A DNA stretch of 64,000 nucleotides from Alistipes sp. (GCA_017629985.1 JAGBWD010000012.1:1843-65842); one strand, 5' to 3'; shown: positions 20,957 through 31,307, numbered from the stretch's first letter. Numbers and translations are program-made. Notes: a model not told the origin generated them from the sequence alone.

Positions 20957-22318
20957 CTATAGTTTTAATATTCTTAAATCCTTGGGGTACATATTATTGC
21001 AGCGTTGGCCTATGCGCTTCACAAAGCCTATAGCCACACCCTTATACATCACCACATTTACACCCTCCTTAAACTGCGCTGCAGCAATATCCTGCTTGCG
21101 CAGATAGTTCAACGCATCCTCTAGGCTCACCTCCACCTCTGCCACCACACTACGATTGCGCCACACATAGAGCGCCAAGGGATGCTCGGGCTTCAACACA
21201 CCCTTAAATATCTCACCACACACCACACCCGAGTACACCACATACAACGACCCTGCTAGCTGCACGACATCCTCCACCACGGCATTATGATAGCCTATGA
21301 TAGTACCATTAAGACTTCTAAAACTCATCTCATTAGCACCATCAACCCAACGTGACACTTCAGCTAGTTCAGCACCCTTAAGTGGCACCAAAGCACTACG
21401 CTTCACCTTGGGCGCACGGCGTCTCACCGCGCCCTCGCCTTTACGTACCACAGCTGCAAAAAATCCCTCGCCACGAGCTTTATGAGGGTAGAAGTGAAAA
21501 CATTGGAAAGGGCCTATATCGCTACGCACTATACCCCACTCATCGAGTGTCTCAATATGCTCCGCGGCCACCATATCATCACCAAACTCCTCCACAAGCC
21601 ACTCTACAACACCCTCATCCTCGCTAGCATTAAAGGTGCAGGTGCTATATATCAGCTTACCCCCAGGACGCAACGTACGCCACGCCTCGGCAAGTATCTC
21701 GCGCTGTCGTGCCACACACTGCTTCACACCCGCAGAGGACCACTCCGCACGCGCCTCCTCCATCTTACGAAACATACCCTCACCCGAACATGGAGCATCC
21801 ACCGCAACAACATCAAACCACTCCTCAAAATTGGCTATATCTGCTGGCTCATTACACACAACAACGACATTACCCATACCCCAGCGCTTCACATTATCCG
21901 AGAGTGCCAAGGCTCTGCTGTGAGAGATGTCGTTAGCCACCACAAGGCCTTCACGACCGACCTTCGTAGAGTATACCGTAGTCTTACCACCTGGCGCAGC
22001 ACACATATCCAAGATACGTCCTCCTCTGAGGTCATCACCCTCGAGGATATGCGACACAAACTGCGATGAGGCCTCCTGCACGTAGTATGCTCCACCGTGA
22101 AGCAGCGGGTCGAGTGTAAACTGTGGGCGCTCCTCGAGATACCTACCACACTTCGACCACCCCACAGCTTCACCCTCAAAGGTCTCGGCAGGCTTTGCGG
22201 GGTTCACCCTTATAGAGACCTCGGCAGGGGTATCTAGAGCCTCAAAGAGACTTTCAGCCTCCGTGCCAAGCATCTCGCGCATCGAGCATACAAACTCCTC
22301 TGGTAGTGGTGTTGCCAT
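20957..22318 (-). CDS. RsmF/RsmB (NOL1/NOP2) rRNA m5C methyltransferase
   Basis: YYVQEASS, LDMCAAPGGKT, VDAPCSGEGMFRK, YSTCTF. Confidence 0.92.
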   Translation of the reverse strand: MATPLPEEFVCSMREMLGTEAESLFEALDTPAEVSIRVNPAKPAETFEGEAVGWSKCGRYLEERPQFTLDPLLHGGAYYVQEASSQFVSHILEGDDLRGGRILDMCAAPGGKTTVYSTKVGREGLVVANDISHSRALALSDNVKRWGMGNVVVVCNEPADIANFEEWFDVVAVDAPCSGEGMFRKMEEARAEWSSAGVKQCVARQREILAEAWRTLRPGGKLIYSTCTFNASEDEGVVEWLVEEFGDDMVAAEHIETLDEWGIVRSDIGPFQCFHFYPHKARGEGFFAAVVRKGEGAVRRRAPKVKRSALVPLKGAELAEVSRWVDGANEMSFRSLNGTIIGYHNAVVEDVVQLAGSLYVVYSGVVCGEIFKGVLKPEHPLALYVWRNRSVVAEVEVSLEDALNYLRKQDIAAAQFKEGVNVVMYKGVAIGFVKRIGQRCNNMYPKDLRILKL

Positions 22319-22331
22319 CTTCTATCGGGTA

Positions 22332-22952
22332 TTAAAGCTGTCTCTTTCCTGTACACATCTCCTCCACCGAGGCACATATACGGTCTATAATCGTTGGGTC
22401 TGCAATAAAGTCATCCACATCCTTATCTACCACTAGCACCCTACCCTCGTAGATATTCTCTATCCAGTGGTTATACTTGTCGTTGAGACGCTGCAGATAC
22501 TCCTCATCAATATTCTGCTCATACTCCCTACCGCGCATCTTTATCTGTGCGATGAGCGTTTGGACACTCGCCTTGAGATATATCAACACATCTGGCTTTG
22601 GCAACAACGCCTGCTCGATGTTAAACATCTTCATATAGGTATCGAAGTCACGGCTTGCCATGAGGCCCATGGCATGAAGGTTATCGGCAAAGATATGTGC
22701 ATCCTCATATATCGTTCTATCCTGCACGATATTATCCTGCTCATCAGCCAACATTGTCAGTGTCTGCTGTATGCGACTACCGAGAAACCACAACTGCAAA
22801 TGAAACGACCAGCGTCCCATATCCTCATAAAAGTCACTGATGTAGGGATTTGCCAGATCCTCGTAGTAAGCCTTGGCAGCATAACGTTTGGTAAGTATCT
22901 CGGTGAGGGTGGTCTTTCCGCTACCGATGTTACCCGCAATAGCAATATACAT
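22332..22952 (-). CDS. deoxynucleoside kinase
   Basis: IAGNIGSGKTT, QDRTIYED, RGREYE. Confidence 0.92.
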   Translation of the reverse strand: MYIAIAGNIGSGKTTLTEILTKRYAAKAYYEDLANPYISDFYEDMGRWSFHLQLWFLGSRIQQTLTMLADEQDNIVQDRTIYEDAHIFADNLHAMGLMASRDFDTYMKMFNIEQALLPKPDVLIYLKASVQTLIAQIKMRGREYEQNIDEEYLQRLNDKYNHWIENIYEGRVLVVDKDVDDFIADPTIIDRICASVEEMCTGKRQL

Positions 22953-23018
22953 AATTTGGTGTTAGTGTTTTATATATGTTTGTTATATTATCATCTAGTT
23001 TACAGTGTGTTACACCTA

Positions 23019-24359
23019 TTAATTAAAGTATTCAGCAACCTGCATCACCACATCGGGCATTGCAAATACCACCACTCTATCGTAGGCATGTATCTGGGTG
23101 TCGTCAATGGCAATGAATACCCTATCACCACGTACCACGCCACCTATTATAGAGTTTTCGGGGAGTCCTAGGTCACGAATCTTCTGCTTCGTAGCTGGCG
23201 AATTTGGCTTCACTATAAACTCCATAACCTCCGCCTCGCTACCTGTCAAGCACTTTATATTTTGCACCTCCGAGGTCATTGTGAAGCGAAAGATATTCGA
23301 TGCCGTCACAAGTTTTTTGTTGATGATGGTATCTACGCCGATACTCTCCGCCAACGAGATGTAGTTCAGGTTCTCCACCTCGGCAATCACCTTCTTCACA
23401 CCCATACGTTTTGCCAACATCGCCGCAAGGATATTTGTCTCACTACGTCCTGTCACCGCCACAAAAGCATCCATACCCGACAAATCCTCCTCCATCATAG
23501 CCTCGGTATCGCGGCCATCCTCATTTATGATAAGCGTCTTATCGAGGCGCTCGGCAAGGCGAAAAGCCTTATCAGCATCGTAGTCTACGAGCTTTATATT
23601 TACATCGTTCTGCAGCTCATTGGCAATACGCACACCAATACGCGAACCTCCGAGAATCATCATGTTACGTATCTCCACCTCACGGCGTCCTGAAAGCTCC
23701 ACAACCTTGTTTGTAGCATTATTTCGCGATATCACATAGACCATATCCTCCTCCTCGAATCTATCATCTATGCCAGGGATTATTGTCTTTTGGTCGCGCA
23801 CTACCGCCACCACACGATACTCCAAATCCTCATCCGAACATTCAGCATCGATTATGGAGCGACCTAGTAGTGGCGATGTAAGCTCTAGGCGGAAGGCCAC
23901 CATGGTAAGCTTACCTCCAGCAAAGTCCACATACTCCGTAGATGAGGTATGACCTAGCAGATTGATAACCTCATGTGCAGCAATCTGCTCGGGATAGAAG
24001 AGATAGTCGATACCCATGTCGATAAATATCTCCTTGCTATTAGGCTCTAGATACTCATTGCTATCCACACGTGCTATGGCCTTTTTTGCTCCCAGCTGCT
24101 TTGCCATCACTGCCGAAAGGATGTTATCATTCTCCACCGAGCGCACTGCGATAAAGAGGTCACACTTACGCACTCCAGCACGGCGTAGCACCGAGAACTG
24201 CGTGGTATCACCCTCCACAGTCACCACATCCACAAGATTTCCCACCTCGGCCAAAGCCTTGGCATCTACATCCACCACAGTAAGTTCATGGCCCGTACCA
24301 CTCAACATCTTCGAGAGGTGAGTACCCATATCTCCTGCGCCAGCAATAACTATCTTCAT
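23019..24359 (-). CDS. trkA: Trk potassium uptake regulatory subunit
   Basis: Two RCK (TrkA-N/TrkA-C) repeats, IAGAGDMG and ILGGSRIG. Confidence 0.93.
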   Translation of the reverse strand: MKIVIAGAGDMGTHLSKMLSGTGHELTVVDVDAKALAEVGNLVDVVTVEGDTTQFSVLRRAGVRKCDLFIAVRSVENDNILSAVMAKQLGAKKAIARVDSNEYLEPNSKEIFIDMGIDYLFYPEQIAAHEVINLLGHTSSTEYVDFAGGKLTMVAFRLELTSPLLGRSIIDAECSDEDLEYRVVAVVRDQKTIIPGIDDRFEEEDMVYVISRNNATNKVVELSGRREVEIRNMMILGGSRIGVRIANELQNDVNIKLVDYDADKAFRLAERLDKTLIINEDGRDTEAMMEEDLSGMDAFVAVTGRSETNILAAMLAKRMGVKKVIAEVENLNYISLAESIGVDTIINKKLVTASNIFRFTMTSEVQNIKCLTGSEAEVMEFIVKPNSPATKQKIRDLGLPENSIIGGVVRGDRVFIAIDDTQIHAYDRVVVFAMPDVVMQVAEYFN

Positions 24360-24438
24360 ACACTAAATAAGTGAATATAAAACAATTAAATAGAGTCATT
24401 CATCTAACGAGCAACTGCAACATTTGCAAATTACTCTG

Positions 24439-24454
24439 CAAATATATAAATTTG
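24439..24454. promoter_or_regulatory. back-to-back divergent -7 elements (trkA on minus, small membrane protein on plus)
   Basis: CAAATATA (minus TATATTTG) immediately followed by TAAATTTG. Confidence 0.5.
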
Positions 24455-24507
24455 CACCGAAAAGAGCAATATAATTGCACTAATTTACAATAATAACACA
24501 AAAAAAT

Positions 24508-24774
24508 ATGTCTACCATACTTGTCACCATTATTGCCGCTGTCGCCATTGTAGGATTCTTCGCCTTGGCACTTTCACTGACATACATCTTCAAGGGTCAC
24601 CATATCCAGTCCGAGATATCGACCAACCCTACCATGCAGAAGATGGGTATTAAATGTGCCGTGCAGGAGACTCGCGAGGATATGGGTCTTACAGATTGCG
24701 ACTCCGACAACATCTGCTCGGGCAACTGCGCAGGATGCGACATTGACCACACCGAAGCTGCTAAATCAAACTAG
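24508..24774 (+). CDS. small membrane protein with Cys-rich C-terminus
   Basis: N-terminal TM helix, NPTMQKMGIKCA, CDSDNICSGNCAGCD. Confidence 0.7.
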   Translation: MSTILVTIIAAVAIVGFFALALSLTYIFKGHHIQSEISTNPTMQKMGIKCAVQETREDMGLTDCDSDNICSGNCAGCDIDHTEAAKSN

Positions 24775-24776
24775 CC

Positions 24777-25214
24777 ATGACAAATATAGAGCAACATAGC
24801 TGGCTGTGTCGTCACTGCAATAACCTTGTAAACAACGACTTAAAACTCTGCCCACACTGCGGCGCGGAGCGTCCCGAGAATATTACAGAGCCAACACCCG
24901 AGGGGATTAACGAGGTTGTGCAACGCGACAACTACACTAACGCCACACCACGTCCCAAGGCAAAATATATCTTCCGCGAGGCCGTACTTGTGAACGCTGG
25001 CGACATAATCCTTGTCCTAGGCCTATTTTGCACATTTGGCACACTGATATCCCCCCTTATCATCGACTTTGAGCTACCATCTCCTATGCTTTGGGCTATA
25101 TGTGGTGCCATACTCATCTTTGCAACCACCCTTATATCGTGGGCAATAATGAGGAGCATAGCAGAGATTTCGCGACAACTTCGAGAGAGGGAGGAGCGTA
25201 ACAACAAGGAGTAG
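24777..25214 (+). CDS. zinc-ribbon (RanBP2-like) membrane protein
   Basis: WLCRHC-x10-CPHCG, two TM helices. Confidence 0.7.
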   Translation: MTNIEQHSWLCRHCNNLVNNDLKLCPHCGAERPENITEPTPEGINEVVQRDNYTNATPRPKAKYIFREAVLVNAGDIILVLGLFCTFGTLISPLIIDFELPSPMLWAICGAILIFATTLISWAIMRSIAEISRQLREREERNNKE

Positions 25215-25254
25215 CGGTAATACCACTACTCCTCTTTTGTTTATCTAGCAAGAC

Positions 25255-25719
25255 CTACTCTATGGCAATCTGCCTCATCTCTGGCAGCTGCTCCATACCC
25301 TCGCGTTTTGGAAGCTTGATACACAGCACACCATGCTTCATCTTTGCCACTATCTTGTCGCGATCTACACTCTCTGGCAGGTTGAATATCTGCCTAAATG
25401 AGGTGACGTAAAACTCCCTACGTAGGTAGTGATGCTTCTCGTGTGATGAACACTCCTCACCACAGCAAGGCTCACCATCCTCACGTTTTTCCATCTCCTT
25501 TTCCAAGCAGACTATCAGCTGATTCTCGTTGTTCAACTCAACCTTTAAATCATCTTTGGTCATGCCTGGCGCTGCAATCTCAATCTTAAACTTTTTGTCT
25601 GTCTCTATGACGTTAATTTGAGGTGTAGTACTCCGTTTAGCATAGAGTTCTGGCCACTGCTCGTAGAAGATATCTCCAAAGAGTCCTGGCAATCGATTTA
25701 ATTTCTTTACTGGCATCAT
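25255..25719 (-). CDS. Hsp20/alpha-crystallin small heat shock protein
   Basis: PQINVIE...IEIAAPG..KDD, RREF...F...F.LP, A...HGVL.I.LPK; start placed at MMPVKK. Confidence 0.9.
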   Translation of the reverse strand: MMPVKKLNRLPGLFGDIFYEQWPELYAKRSTTPQINVIETDKKFKIEIAAPGMTKDDLKVELNNENQLIVCLEKEMEKREDGEPCCGEECSSHEKHHYLRREFYVTSFRQIFNLPESVDRDKIVAKMKHGVLCIKLPKREGMEQLPEMRQIAIE

Positions 25720-25754
25720 AATTTTAATTTTTATATTAGACACACTTCCTCTAC

Positions 25755-25770
25755 TGCAAAACACAGGCCA
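25755..25770 (-). promoter_or_regulatory. sigma54 promoter upstream of hsp20
   Basis: Minus strand TGGCCTGTGTTTTGCA (GG-N10-GC). Confidence 0.6.
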
Positions 25771-25850
25771 TACAATATTTTTGAAACCATTATTTTGTGA
25801 TTAACATTTTTTATATATCTTTGCATTACAAACAATTATTTATTAACAAA

Positions 25851-25971
25851 GGTGTACTTGGTCTATCTGCCCACGGAGCAAGATACGGCATTTCGCCATA
25901 TCTTGCCCACATCGGATATGCCGATGGCTCCACACCCTTTCACACTACAATAGGACAATGGAGCTTTGTCC
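25851..25971 (+). promoter_or_regulatory. candidate structured 5' leader
   Basis: Several hairpins between the TATCTTTG promoter (25816-25823) and ATG 25992. Confidence 0.35.
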
Positions 25972-25991
25972 AACACAAACTTAAACGCACT

Positions 25992-26594
25992 ATGAAAAAA
26001 TTATTGGTTTTTGCTCTTGTACTCATCATGGGTTCACTTGCTGTAAATGCACAGTCTGCAAAGGATATCCGCAAGATGGTTAAGCAGTACGAGAAGGAAG
26101 GCTGGGTAGTTCCCATTGGCAAACTACCTCTCGCAACACAGATTGAGGAGTCTTTGAAGTTGCAGGCACAGAGAGACGAGAACGGTGAGCCAGTATTTGT
26201 TGAGGGTAGCGCCCAGGCTGTAGGCCAGAACTATGATGGTGCCAAGATGCAGGCCTTGGAGGTTGCTAAGATTAACATCGCTGGTTCTATCTCTACCGAG
26301 ATTACCGCTATGGTTGAGAACACCCTCATCAATAAGCAGCTATCTCCCGAGGAGGCAGCTACTATCACCAAGACTGTAGAGGCAAGCAAGGGTCTTATCA
26401 CACAGCGCATAGGCCGTCTTATCATCCCTGTAGAGTGCTATCGCGAGCTTAAGAATAAGAATAAGGAGGTTCGTGTTGTTGCCTTCTTCAAGTATAAGGA
26501 TGCGATGAACGATGCCGTAGATGCCATCCAGAAGGAGCTTGAGGATAGCGGCGCACGCCTCCACGACAAGCTCGATAAGCTTCTCGGACTATAG
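25992..26594 (+). CDS. secreted protein, LPP20-like
   Basis: SPI signal MKKLLV...VNAQ, YEKEGW, AKMQALEVAKINIAGSI; true start likely 25992. Confidence 0.7.
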   Translation: MKKLLVFALVLIMGSLAVNAQSAKDIRKMVKQYEKEGWVVPIGKLPLATQIEESLKLQAQRDENGEPVFVEGSAQAVGQNYDGAKMQALEVAKINIAGSISTEITAMVENTLINKQLSPEEAATITKTVEASKGLITQRIGRLIIPVECYRELKNKNKEVRVVAFFKYKDAMNDAVDAIQKELEDSGARLHDKLDKLLGL

Positions 26595-26606
26595 CATATA
26601 GAGGAT

Positions 26607-26672
26607 ATGATTAGAAAAATCATCCTATCCCTTCTGTTATTACTACCACTCTCATTGTCGGCCAATAGGTAA
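26607..26672 (+). pseudogene. signal-peptide-only gene stub
   Basis: MIRKIILSLLLLLPLSLSANR*, 12 nt after the preceding stop. Confidence 0.4.
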
Positions 26673-26810
26673 AAACTGGAGAAATATCACACTTTAGTAA
26701 AAAATATTGCTAAAAGTTTTGCCAGTCAAAAAATTATGTCTACATTTGCACGCTAAAAAACCCGAATGGGTTATGCGTATTATTTATTAACCAAAAAATT
26801 TTTATAGCAA

Positions 26811-27323
26811 ATGGCTGTTAAAATTCGTTTGGCACGTCACGGTAAGAAGGGTTACGCTTTCTACCACATCGTTGCCGCAGATAGCAGAGCGCCACGTGAT
26901 GGTAAGTTCATCGAGAAGTTGGGTACATACAACCCTAACACGAATCCTGCTACAATCGATTTGAAGTTCGACCGAGCTTTGAATTGGTTACTTAAGGGCG
27001 CACAACCTACGGATACTTGTCGAGCAATCCTCTCGTACAAGGGCGTAATGTATATGAAGCACCTCATGGGTGGTGTTGCCAAGGGCGCATTCACAGAGGC
27101 TGAGGCAGAGGCACGCTTCAACAAGTGGTTGCAGGAGAAGCAGAGCAAGATTGACGCAAAGGCTAACAAGCTCTCTTCAGATGCAAACGCAGCAAAGAAG
27201 GCACAGCTCGCTGCTGAGGCAAAGATCAAGGAGGAGCGTGCTGCAGCTATCGCAGAGAAGAAGGCTGCTGCACAGGCTGCAGAGGCTGCAGAGGAGACCA
27301 CAGAGGAGGCTACCGAGGCTTAA
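26811..27323 (+). CDS. rpsP: 30S ribosomal protein S16 (Bacteroidota long form)
   Basis: [13 protein letters not shown]...[19 protein letters not shown]; TTTG-N19-TACATTTG promoter at 26718-26748. Confidence 0.97.
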   Translation: MAVKIRLARHGKKGYAFYHIVAADSRAPRDGKFIEKLGTYNPNTNPATIDLKFDRALNWLLKGAQPTDTCRAILSYKGVMYMKHLMGGVAKGAFTEAEAEARFNKWLQEKQSKIDAKANKLSSDANAAKKAQLAAEAKIKEERAAAIAEKKAAAQAAEAAEETTEEATEA

Positions 27324-27329
27324 TCCAAG

Positions 27330-27830
27330 GTGCTTATGATCGCCGTGGGACGCATAGGCCGAATCTTCGGCAATGATGGCGGTGTAATGGTTACCCTTTA
27401 CGCTAATTTCCCTGACGATTTCTCAACACAGGAACCGCTGTTTGTCGTTATAGACAAGCTCGCGGTTCCTATTTTTTGTAGCTCATTTGAGCGCCGTGGA
27501 CAATCAGGAGCAATAATATCGTTTGACGACATAGACAGCGTACGCCGTGCCGAGGAGTTTCTTGTTGGTCGCGAGATATTCATTGCTGATGAGGAGAGTG
27601 ACGATGACGATGAATTCTACATGGAGGATCTTATAGGATTTGACGTATTGGTAGATGGTCGCAAAGGCACGCTCACTGATTACTACGACAGCGAGGCAAA
27701 CCCTCTTTTTGAGATATCTCTTGATGGTAAGGAGCATCTCATTCCCGCCGCAGAGGAGTTTATAGCCCATATAGACTTCGACAAGCGAAGCATAAAGTTC
27801 ATCCTCCCTGATGGGTTGCTGGAACTATAA
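27330..27830 (+). CDS. rimM: ribosome maturation factor RimM
   Basis: VGRIGR.FG..G, EFY.EDLIGF, LIP...EFI, LPDGLL; follows rpsP. Confidence 0.9.
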   Translation: MLMIAVGRIGRIFGNDGGVMVTLYANFPDDFSTQEPLFVVIDKLAVPIFCSSFERRGQSGAIISFDDIDSVRRAEEFLVGREIFIADEESDDDDEFYMEDLIGFDVLVDGRKGTLTDYYDSEANPLFEISLDGKEHLIPAAEEFIAHIDFDKRSIKFILPDGLLEL

Positions 27831-27846
27831 ATAGAGAAAATTTTAA

Positions 27847-28008
27847 GGAGCTGACTAAAAAGTAACTTAGCCAGTCCCCATAACCTAAAAGAGTGAATAA
27901 AAAGATGTAGTTTTAGGCTTGCGAAGCCCGAAAAAGCGGAGTTTACTGAACGTAAATGAGCATTTTGAGGGCAAGCGTAACGACAAAATACACTTTTTAT
28001 TCACTCTC
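27847..28008 (+). repeat. ~160-bp palindromic MITE-like dispersed repeat, copy 2
   Basis: Near-identical to 6989-7150; followed by a T-tract. Confidence 0.9.
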
Positions 28009-28091
28009 TTTTTTTCGTCTATAATACAACCTAACAACACCGTACAACCTACCCAAATTAAATACCTTATATATTATAAACTACTACCAAC

Positions 28092-29438
28092 ATGGGGATA
28101 ATTAAAAACATTGGCGCACTAATTCGCTCATCCGTAAACCTTGAAGGACATATCAATACCGAGCTAGCCGAGAAGCATATTCGCAACAACATCTTTTTCC
28201 GTGGCCCCAATGCCTGGATTTTGGCTATTGCCATTGTCATAGCATCTGTAGGTTTGAACGTAAACTCTATACCTGTGGTTATTGGTGCGATGCTCATCTC
28301 ACCACTTATGGGTCCAATCTTTGGTTTGGGTTTAGGCTTGGGTATCAGCGATGTACAGCTTGTGAAGTCATCGGGCAAGAACCTGCTTGTGATGGTGATC
28401 ATAAGTCTCACCGCCTCGTTCCTCTACTTCTTGATTACCCCATTGAACTTAACTAACCCCACAGAGCTTTTAGCCCGCACAAATCCCACCATCTACGATG
28501 TGCTAATCGCGCTTTTTGGTGGTTTCGCAGGTATCTTCGAGCAGTGCCGCAAGGAGAAGGGTACGGTATTCGCGGGTGTGGCTATTGCGACAGCTCTTAT
28601 GCCACCACTCTGCACCGCCGGTTTTGGTTTGTCAAGTGGCAACTTTGGCTACTTCTTTGGTGCGTTATACCTCTTCTTCATCAACTGTCTCTTCATCATG
28701 CTTGCAACATATATCAGTGTCAAGTATTTCAAGTTTCGAGAGGCCGAGTATAACGACATCAACACAGGGCGTAAGACCAAGCGTATAATATCTGTACTCA
28801 TCCTACTCTTTATCATTCCTAGCATCTGGTCGGCGGTAATCCTGATAAAACAAAATAGGTTTGAGGAGAGCGCCATAGCCTTTGTTGAACACTCAAAGAG
28901 CTACGGCAAGAGCATCATCTACGACTATAAGATTAACCACACCGATGGCTCAACTATTGAGATATCATTCGTTGGCGAGCCTCTGGATGATAGCACAAGG
29001 AGCAACATCTACAACACTGCAGCACGCTACGGCATTGATAAGGAGGAGTTGGTTATCAACGACCACACCACCACCGAAAGAGTTAATGAGATGGAGCTTG
29101 TTAAGGATTTATACGACCGTATGGACAATGAGATAGATGCTCGTGAGAGTGAGATATCGCGTCTTCGTGCCGAGCTTAAGAGATACGAGGCCGACAAGAT
29201 TCCATACTCACAGCTTACACGTGAGATTGGCACCAACCACCCTAGCGTCACCGAGGTACATATCACCCGTGGAGCTAGTGTTCTCACCACTCACAGCGAC
29301 AGCACACGCCACTCCACAATCATCATGATAAAGAGCATCGACACGTTTAATGCAGAGCAGGAGCAGCAGCTAGAGCAGTGGCTAAAGATACGCCTTGGCG
29401 ATGAGAATATCACACTCTTCGCTATACCACAGGAGTAG
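28092..29438 (+). CDS. DUF389 (TIGR00341-like) membrane protein
   Basis: IASVGLNVNS..VVIGAMLISPLMGPI, GVAIATALMPPLC. Confidence 0.88.
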   Translation: MGIIKNIGALIRSSVNLEGHINTELAEKHIRNNIFFRGPNAWILAIAIVIASVGLNVNSIPVVIGAMLISPLMGPIFGLGLGLGISDVQLVKSSGKNLLVMVIISLTASFLYFLITPLNLTNPTELLARTNPTIYDVLIALFGGFAGIFEQCRKEKGTVFAGVAIATALMPPLCTAGFGLSSGNFGYFFGALYLFFINCLFIMLATYISVKYFKFREAEYNDINTGRKTKRIISVLILLFIIPSIWSAVILIKQNRFEESAIAFVEHSKSYGKSIIYDYKINHTDGSTIEISFVGEPLDDSTRSNIYNTAARYGIDKEELVINDHTTTERVNEMELVKDLYDRMDNEIDARESEISRLRAELKRYEADKIPYSQLTREIGTNHPSVTEVHITRGASVLTTHSDSTRHSTIIMIKSIDTFNAEQEQQLEQWLKIRLGDENITLFAIPQE

Positions 29439-29517
29439 TATCCACGCAAACAAAGTTTTACACATATTTGCAGATTAGCCATTATTTACCTACTTTTGCT
29501 AAATAATTATATATGAT

Positions 29518-30120
29518 ATGGAAGATTTGATAATAAACTATAAACGAGAAGATATATACAACGAGGAGCGAATCCAGGAGCTAATGGGTCACTATCGCGA
29601 GATTCTCCGTCTACTTGGCGAGGATCCCGACCGTGAGGGTCTTATCAAGACCCCAGAGCGCGTAGCCAAGGCTATGTCGTTCATCACCAAGGGCTACGCC
29701 CAGGATCCTATTGAGATTCTCCGCTCTGCGATATTCAAAGAGGAGTATCAGCAGATGGTACTTGTTAAGGATATTGAGCTTTTCTCGGTATGTGAGCATC
29801 ACATGTTGCCATTTATTGGCAAGGCCCACGTAGCCTACATCCCCAATGGATATATCACAGGTCTGTCGAAGATAGCTCGTGTCGTTGAGTGTTTCGCTCG
29901 CCGTCTTCAGGTTCAGGAGCGCCTCACAGTGCAGATTCGCGACTGCATCCAGCAGGCTCTCAACCCTCTGGGTGTCGCCGTAGTCATCGAGGCTAGCCAT
30001 ACATGTATGCAGATGCGTGGTGTGGAGAAGCAGCGCTCCGTAACATCAACATCGGCCTTTACTGGTGTCTTCCTCTCTGACCCTCGCACTCGCGATGAGT
30101 TTATGCAGCTAATTCGCTAA
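29518..30120 (+). CDS. folE: GTP cyclohydrolase I
   Basis: [44 protein letters not shown]. Confidence 0.97.
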   Translation: MEDLIINYKREDIYNEERIQELMGHYREILRLLGEDPDREGLIKTPERVAKAMSFITKGYAQDPIEILRSAIFKEEYQQMVLVKDIELFSVCEHHMLPFIGKAHVAYIPNGYITGLSKIARVVECFARRLQVQERLTVQIRDCIQQALNPLGVAVVIEASHTCMQMRGVEKQRSVTSTSAFTGVFLSDPRTRDEFMQLIR

Positions 30121-30131
30121 TTTCAGAGCAG

Positions 30132-31307
30132 ATGCGCATTGTCGTAGGACTATCAGGAGGCGTAGACTCCTCTGTTGCTGCCTACCTTCTTAAGGAGCAG
30201 GGACATGAGGTTATAGGCCTCTTTATGCGTAATTGGCACGACACCACAGGAACTCTCGAGGGTGACTGTCCATGGTATGACGACCAGGTATTTGCCGAGC
30301 TTGTTGCGAAACGCCTAGATATAGAGTTTCACTACGTAGACCTATCGGAGCAGTACCGCCAGCGAGTAGTCGAGTATATGTTTTCGGAGTATGAGAAGGG
30401 GCGCACCCCAAATCCTGATGTACTCTGCAACCGCGAGATAAAGTTTGACGTATTCCTCAAGGAGGCGCTCAAGCTAGGTGCCGAGCGCGTAGCCACAGGA
30501 CACTACTGTAGACGCGAGGAGTTTATAGACAAAGACGGCGTTACACACTACAAACTTTTGGCTGGCAGTGACCCGAATAAGGATCAGAGTTATTTTCTCT
30601 GCCAACTCACACAGGAGCAGTTGAGCTATGCCATGTTCCCCATTGGAGAGCTTCTAAAGCCCGAAGTTAGACGTATTGCCGAGGAGCAGAAGCTAGCCAC
30701 AGCAAAGCGCAAGGATTCTCAAGGAATATGCTTCGTTGGCAAGGTGGATCTCCCCATATTCCTACAGCAGAAATTGGCAGCCAAGGAGGGCAATGTACAT
30801 GAGATACTACCCCACTCACCACGCTTTGCAATAGAGTGTGATTCTGATGATTACAAAGCCTTATCTCAACCATACCGTCTTACAGTTCGCGATGGCAAGA
30901 AGATAGGCACACACCAGGGCGCACACTTCTACACCATAGGGCAGCGCAAGGGTCTTGGTATAGGTGGCCGAAAGGAGTCACTCTTTGTCATAGGCACTGA
31001 CGTCAATGAGAATGTGGTATATGTTGGTGAGGGTGACAATCATCCAGGCCTTCATCGCAAGGCGCTACATATTCTCAACGAGGAGATTCACTGGATAGAT
31101 CCTGCACACGCCATGCAGCCTGGTGAGCGAAGAAGATACATGGTTCGCATACGCTATCGTCAGCCACTTCAGCCTGCAGAGCTGATTATGGATAGCGAAG
31201 GTTTATATATTCTTTTTGACGAGCCACAACGAGGCATCACAGCAGGACAGTTTGCTGCATGGTATGATGGCGAAGAGGTTATAGGTAGCGGCGTAATCGA
31301 CAAATAA
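30132..31307 (+). CDS. mnmA: tRNA 2-thiouridine synthase
   Basis: SGGVDSS, TPNPDVLCNREIKF, ATGHY, KDQSYFL, DSQGICF, GQFAAWY. Confidence 0.97.
   Translation: MRIVVGLSGGVDSSVAAYLLKEQGHEVIGLFMRNWHDTTGTLEGDCPWYDDQVFAELVAKRLDIEFHYVDLSEQYRQRVVEYMFSEYEKGRTPNPDVLCNREIKFDVFLKEALKLGAERVATGHYCRREEFIDKDGVTHYKLLAGSDPNKDQSYFLCQLTQEQLSYAMFPIGELLKPEVRRIAEEQKLATAKRKDSQGICFVGKVDLPIFLQQKLAAKEGNVHEILPHSPRFAIECDSDDYKALSQPYRLTVRDGKKIGTHQGAHFYTIGQRKGLGIGGRKESLFVIGTDVNENVVYVGEGDNHPGLHRKALHILNEEIHWIDPAHAMQPGERRRYMVRIRYRQPLQPAELIMDSEGLYILFDEPQRGITAGQFAAWYDGEEVIGSGVIDK

Noticed and set aside
27919-28101. Duplicate ORFs MRSPKKRSLL.VNEHFEGKRNDK (also 31203-31385)
   Set aside because: They are translations of the palindromic repeat with TTG starts, not supported genes
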